64,000 bases of DNA from a bacterium (GTDB taxonomy: Bacteria > Bacteroidota > Ignavibacteria > Palsa-1295), in NCBI GenBank assembly GCA_037143335.1, contig JBAWZA010000001.1, positions 109,253-173,252 on the forward strand, given 5' to 3'. The position numbers were made by a program, and so were the translations under genes. Position 1 is the stretch's first letter; every line of letters begins with the position of its first letter. The notes beneath the pieces were generated by a model. The model was given only the letters and a program-made list of their open reading frames with translations, did not search any database and was not told the origin of the DNA. Of this stretch, positions 60,172-64,000 are shown piece by piece.

Positions 60172-60927
60172 TTACATTTGGTCTGCCACTTTGTCCTGGT
60201 CGGTAACGGCTACAGCACGAGTCTCTTTGATAAGCTTAGCATACCGATGAGAAATCATGATGTCTGCTGGATCAACCTTTGTTTGCGTCTGTGGGGGCGC
60301 TTCGGCTACTGTGCTTGTGTTGACTGCAAAATCTGTTTTTGTTATTGATTGCTGAACTGGTGTCGCGGCTTGATGACGAACACTTGTGCCAACATTCGAA
60401 GTTAAATGTTGTGTCGCATTCAATGCTACATCATTCGAAGTAGTAGTTGTCGGAGCAACCGCTGCTGGCACTGACTGCGTAGGAGTTGAAACGCTTGGGG
60501 ATGTCGAGACAGGCACTTGCGTGATCATCTCGTTACGCACATTGAAATTAAACCAGACAGATACCGCCAGACCAGCGAGTACAAAACCCATTGCTGTACG
60601 CTTTGCCCAGAGATACTTGACATTGCGAACTGCCGTCACGAGCTTCTCAGATGCAATTGGTGCGCGAGCCGGAACAACTGCTGCTTTGCGGGCATCAGCC
60701 ATCGCACCAAGCAGAATGTTCTTTGTCTTACGATCAACTTCTTTCGAGAGCATAAATCTATTATCAACTCCAGAGCGTGCCATCGCTGAAGCCAAGATTT
60801 TGTACTCGGCAACTGCGCTTGCAAGTGTGGGGTTGGAGCGAAGCTCTTGCTCGAACTCTTGGGTTGCCGAGAGTTCGCCATCGAGATAGGCTACAATATG
60901 CTCATCTGTTATAATATGCTTTTTCAT
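60172..60927 (-). CDS. Anti-sigma factor (single TM, Ser/Thr/Pro-rich periplasmic tail)
   Basis: The N-terminus (DEHIVAYLDGELS) is typical of anti-sigma factors. It has a 4-nt overlap with the upstream ECF sigma gene. Confidence 0.55.
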   Translation of the reverse strand: MKKHIITDEHIVAYLDGELSATQEFEQELRSNPTLASAVAEYKILASAMARSGVDNRFMLSKEVDRKTKNILLGAMADARKAAVVPARAPIASEKLVTAVRNVKYLWAKRTAMGFVLAGLAVSVWFNFNVRNEMITQVPVSTSPSVSTPTQSVPAAVAPTTTTSNDVALNATQHLTSNVGTSVRHQAATPVQQSITKTDFAVNTSTVAEAPPQTQTKVDPADIMISHRYAKLIKETRAVAVTDQDKVADQM

Positions 60928-61856
60928 ACGTTGTCTTCTTCTTGTTCTGCGACGCTATGCTTCGCAGGAAAATCTTGGCCGATTAACGGCGTTAACACTT
61001 TGCGCAAACGCTTCTTGGCACGGAATACTCGGATCCTGATCGTTGATAGCGATGTACCGGTTATTTTCCCGATCTCATCATACGTCAGTCCTTCGTACTC
61101 GCTCATCAGCAGTGCTTCGCGATAGGTATCAGGAAGCTCGGCTATGGCAGCCAGGAGTAAATTCGTTTGCTCCTTCTGGGATAGTATCTCAAGAGGGTCA
61201 TCATTTCTTGATACACTTGTCGCACCTTCGAGTGCTTCATCTTCGCTGAATGCATCCGGATCAACCGTTTGCCCAGCAGAGAGATGGCTTCGAAGACCTC
61301 GTTTCTTTGAACTGAGGCAGGTATTACGAGTAACCGTAAAGATCCATGCGCGGAATTCGCCTGAAATAAAGGTGTTGCGATACTGAGAAACCCTAAGAAA
61401 TACCTCTTGGAATGTATCCTCTACCAGCTCTTCGGAAAGTCCTGCCGAAAGGAGTACTTTCGCACAGTAAGCATACACGCTTGATTTATAGCGCTCGTAG
61501 AGAATTAAAAAAGCTTTGTCTTCGCCCTTTTGGTACCGAAAGAAGCAATCTTCGTCGTTCTCAATCCCTTTTGCAATGAACTCGTCTGTGAATGATTTCG
61601 CAACTCCCGGACGCTTGCGCATCTGGCCGTTGGCAAAAAATCGCGACTTCGGAACTTCGATCACCTCAGGTAACTCTGCTTCCAGAATTTCCTCGTGGGT
61701 GGTCTCAGCAAGATCAATCTCTGATGATGGAAAGTCTTCGGTCGGCATAAGGGGTAAAGAGGACTCCTCAAAGTAGTCCTGTGATCCAGCGGCCAGACCT
61801 CTGCTTTCCGAATTATCCAGAGGTGTATCCTGTCGTTTATAAGAACTTTCAGACAC
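60924..61856 (-). CDS. ECF sigma-70 factor with ~100-aa acidic N-terminal extension
   Basis: Region 2 (EDTFQEVFLRV) and a region-4 HTH (YEGLTYDEIGKITGTSLSTIRIRVFRAKKRL) are present. Confidence 0.8.
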   Translation of the reverse strand: MSESSYKRQDTPLDNSESRGLAAGSQDYFEESSLPLMPTEDFPSSEIDLAETTHEEILEAELPEVIEVPKSRFFANGQMRKRPGVAKSFTDEFIAKGIENDEDCFFRYQKGEDKAFLILYERYKSSVYAYCAKVLLSAGLSEELVEDTFQEVFLRVSQYRNTFISGEFRAWIFTVTRNTCLSSKKRGLRSHLSAGQTVDPDAFSEDEALEGATSVSRNDDPLEILSQKEQTNLLLAAIAELPDTYREALLMSEYEGLTYDEIGKITGTSLSTIRIRVFRAKKRLRKVLTPLIGQDFPAKHSVAEQEEDNV

Positions 61857-62126
61857 GTGAATAATTACACCTCAAGATGAAGAAAATATGAAAATACCTT
61901 GTTCAAGTAGTAAAAAACCTAACTATGTTGAAAAGTGGATAAAATTGGGGATAAGTGTATAACTCCCCCCACCACAAACTCACCTACATGTAGTAACGCC
62001 GTTCAAATTATTTAAGTGCTAAAATGGTAGAAAACCCTCCTACTAATGTACGAAAACTTCTGAATAGATGGATGTAAGGGGGGGGCGTATCAATAATTTA
62101 CTGAACCCGGAATGCCAAAAGTAAAA

Positions 62127-64000
62127 TTATGCAGCTCGGGAATACAGATGCTTCTGGAAGTCGAAAAAGACGTTGCGGATGGTCTCGACATTGCCAAGAT
62201 TGCGGACTGCATCAGCAGAGGAATGATATTTCAGATTCAATAGAACAGGAAGTTTTTCTTCATCCAATTCTTCGACTCCTTTTTCGGAGTATTTGGAAAT
62301 GACGAACTTGAGGAATTCGGAATGATTGTCATCCACTCCGGCAAAGATCTTATCGTTGACAAGCTTAACCCTTTCCACTCTGGAAATTTTCGGCGTGACG
62401 AAGGTAATATAACTCAACACATCGAGCAAGTCGCAATCTTCGGCATCGACCATCTTCTGCAATGCTTCCAGATTCTCTTTATTAAATCCTTGCTCGGAAA
62501 GTTTATCCAATAAATCTTTTCTCGTTTTAGGGACTGACCAAAGCTTCCGAAGTTCTTCTTCGGTCTTGCAATAGGCGGGCATAATGCCTATCATCGAATC
62601 CATAAATTCCTGAACGGACATCGGCTTACCGTCTGCGCTCCAGAAACTCGTCTGCATCATGTGCTGGATTTCGCGCTCTTTGCCGTCGCGAAGTTTGATT
62701 TTGATCTTTTTCTTTGGCTCCGGCCCGGGTTCAGGCCCCGGCTCTGGCGGAATGGGAGGGGGTTTCGGCTTTGGGATTCCGGGTTCTGTCGTCTCATCTA
62801 TCGGATCGCCATCCCATTCAGGATCGGCGAAGTGATGGTAGGCATCGACAAAATCAAAGATCGTAAAATATTCCTTGCCTTCGAAAAGCCTTGTTCCTCT
62901 GCCGATGATCTGTTTGAATTCGATCATAGAATTCACAGGGCGCATCAAGACGATATTCCGAATGTTCCTTGCATCGACACCGGTCGAGAGTTTTTGCGAA
63001 GTGGTAAGAATTGTGGGTACGGATTTTTCATTATCCTGGAAGTCTCTCAGAAATTGCTCGCCTCGCGCGCCGTCATCGGCAGTTACGCGCTCGCAGTATC
63101 CCGGATCGTGGCTTGTCTTGACTTGATTGATCAAATCTCTGAGGAGCAATGCATGTTTCTGCGTTGCTCCGAATACAAGAGCCTTATCATTCTGATCGCA
63201 TTCATTCATGAAGACCTCAACGCGTTTCCTCTCGCGTGCTTCGATCTCGATGGTGCGATTAAAATCTTTCTCTTCGTAAACCTTGCCTTCTTCTATTTCT
63301 CCTTCAACGACCTCGTCATCTGACGTATAAAAATATGTATCAAGTGTGGTTTGGATGCGGTGTACTTTGAAGGGCGTAAGGAAGCCGTCGTTGATTCCGG
63401 CTTTCAGCGAATAGGTATAGAGCGGTTCGCCGAAGTATTTATAGGTATCGACATTATCTTTTCTCTTCGGAGTTGCCGTGAGACCTAACTGCACTGCCGG
63501 AGAAAAATAATTCATGATATCGCGCCAGTTCGATTCATCGTTCGCGCCGCCGCGATGGCATTCGTCTATAATAATAAGATCGAAAAAATCCGGAGGGTAT
63601 GCGCCAAAATACGGTGTGTTCTCCGGTCCGCTCATGAAGGTCTGGAATATGGTGAAGAATATACTTCCTGACATCGGCAAGCCTTTCTTGCGGATTTCAT
63701 CGGGCTTGATGCGGACTTTCGCATCGTCAGTGAATGCACCAAATTCATTGAATGCCTGATCGGCAAGGATATTCCTATCGGCTAAGAATAAGATTCGCGG
63801 ACGTCGTGCACCGTCTCTATTCAAATTCCACCTCGCCTGAAAAAGCTTCCAGGCAATTTGAAATGCAATCGTTGTTTTGCCTGTGCCTGTTGCCAAAGTC
63901 AGTAGTAATCTCTGCTTCTCTTCGGCAATCGCATTAACCGTTTTGTTAATTGCAATCTCCTGATAGTAGCGCGGAGCACGTGTGCCTTCAAGAGGAATTT
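62127..64000 (-). CDS. hsdR: Type I restriction enzyme R subunit (HsdR), 5'-truncated by the window edge
   Basis: The helicase motifs Q (YYQEIAI, 63963-63983), I (ATGTGKT), II (DECHR) and III (LTATP) are present, plus an EcoEI-type C-terminal domain. The reading frame stays open to position 64000. Confidence 0.9.
   Translation of the reverse strand, partial: IPLEGTRAPRYYQEIAINKTVNAIAEEKQRLLLTLATGTGKTTIAFQIAWKLFQARWNLNRDGARRPRILFLADRNILADQAFNEFGAFTDDAKVRIKPDEIRKKGLPMSGSIFFTIFQTFMSGPENTPYFGAYPPDFFDLIIIDECHRGGANDESNWRDIMNYFSPAVQLGLTATPKRKDNVDTYKYFGEPLYTYSLKAGINDGFLTPFKVHRIQTTLDTYFYTSDDEVVEGEIEEGKVYEEKDFNRTIEIEARERKRVEVFMNECDQNDKALVFGATQKHALLLRDLINQVKTSHDPGYCERVTADDGARGEQFLRDFQDNEKSVPTILTTSQKLSTGVDARNIRNIVLMRPVNSMIEFKQIIGRGTRLFEGKEYFTIFDFVDAYHHFADPEWDGDPIDETTEPGIPKPKPPPIPPEPGPEPGPEPKKKIKIKLRDGKEREIQHMMQTSFWSADGKPMSVQEFMDSMIGIMPAYCKTEEELRKLWSVPKTRKDLLDKLSEQGFNKENLEALQKMVDAEDCDLLDVLSYITFVTPKISRVERVKLVNDKIFAGVDDNHSEFLKFVISKYSEKGVEELDEEKLPVLLNLKYHSSADAVRNLGNVETIRNVFFDFQKHLYSRAA

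Noticed and set aside
1-64000. CRISPR arrays, IS elements or transposases, integrases, rRNA.
   Set aside because: Read by eye, without a repeat-finder or HMM tool, I found no regularly spaced direct repeats of 24-40 bp, no DDE or tyrosine-recombinase-like ORFs, and no rRNA-like sequence. The only mobility signature is the rluB-end duplication.

Overview
This window is a 64-kb stretch of bacterial chromosome, densely coded on both strands, GC roughly mid-40s%. Six proteins carry a C-terminal type IX secretion (T9SS/Por) sorting domain. There is also a FISUMP-domain lipoprotein, a DUF4331 protein, a sigma-54 activator next to an LptE-like lipoprotein, and Omp85/BamA-, DUF5683- and DUF1460-like proteins. 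From these I infer an FCB-group organism (Ignavibacteria/Bacteroidota/Fibrobacterota-like); this is an inference from domain content, not from a marker gene. Most of the window is housekeeping: scpB, rluB, ridA, parB, parA, rnhB, ribD, yicC, gatC, meaB, a family-4 uracil-DNA glycosylase, coaBC, kdsB, rpsT, an M1 aminopeptidase, acs, hutU, ddl, panB, rsmG, a GH57 glucan enzyme and a GT2 glycosyltransferase. The clearest accessory material is a small island at about 2.2-4.75 kb. A PIN toxin gene and a putative RHH-like antitoxin gene lie between two diverged copies of the rluB 3' end. Immediately next to them is a translationally coupled pair encoding a GIY-YIG nuclease-fold protein and an AlbA_2 (Schlafen-like) plus winged-HTH protein. 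I regard that pair as the best candidate here for an undescribed defence-type module. Other accessory-looking loci are a block at 13.4-16.3 kb (T9SS tandem-repeat protein, Cys-rich secreted protein, small HTH gene, 10-bp-phased direct repeats in the intervening promoter region) and two ECF sigma/anti-sigma pairs. A 5'-truncated type I restriction R subunit (hsdR) runs off the 3' edge of the window, and a strongly structured intergenic region lies between acs and the SDR/hutU genes. I found no rRNA, tRNA, CRISPR array, transposase or integrase.
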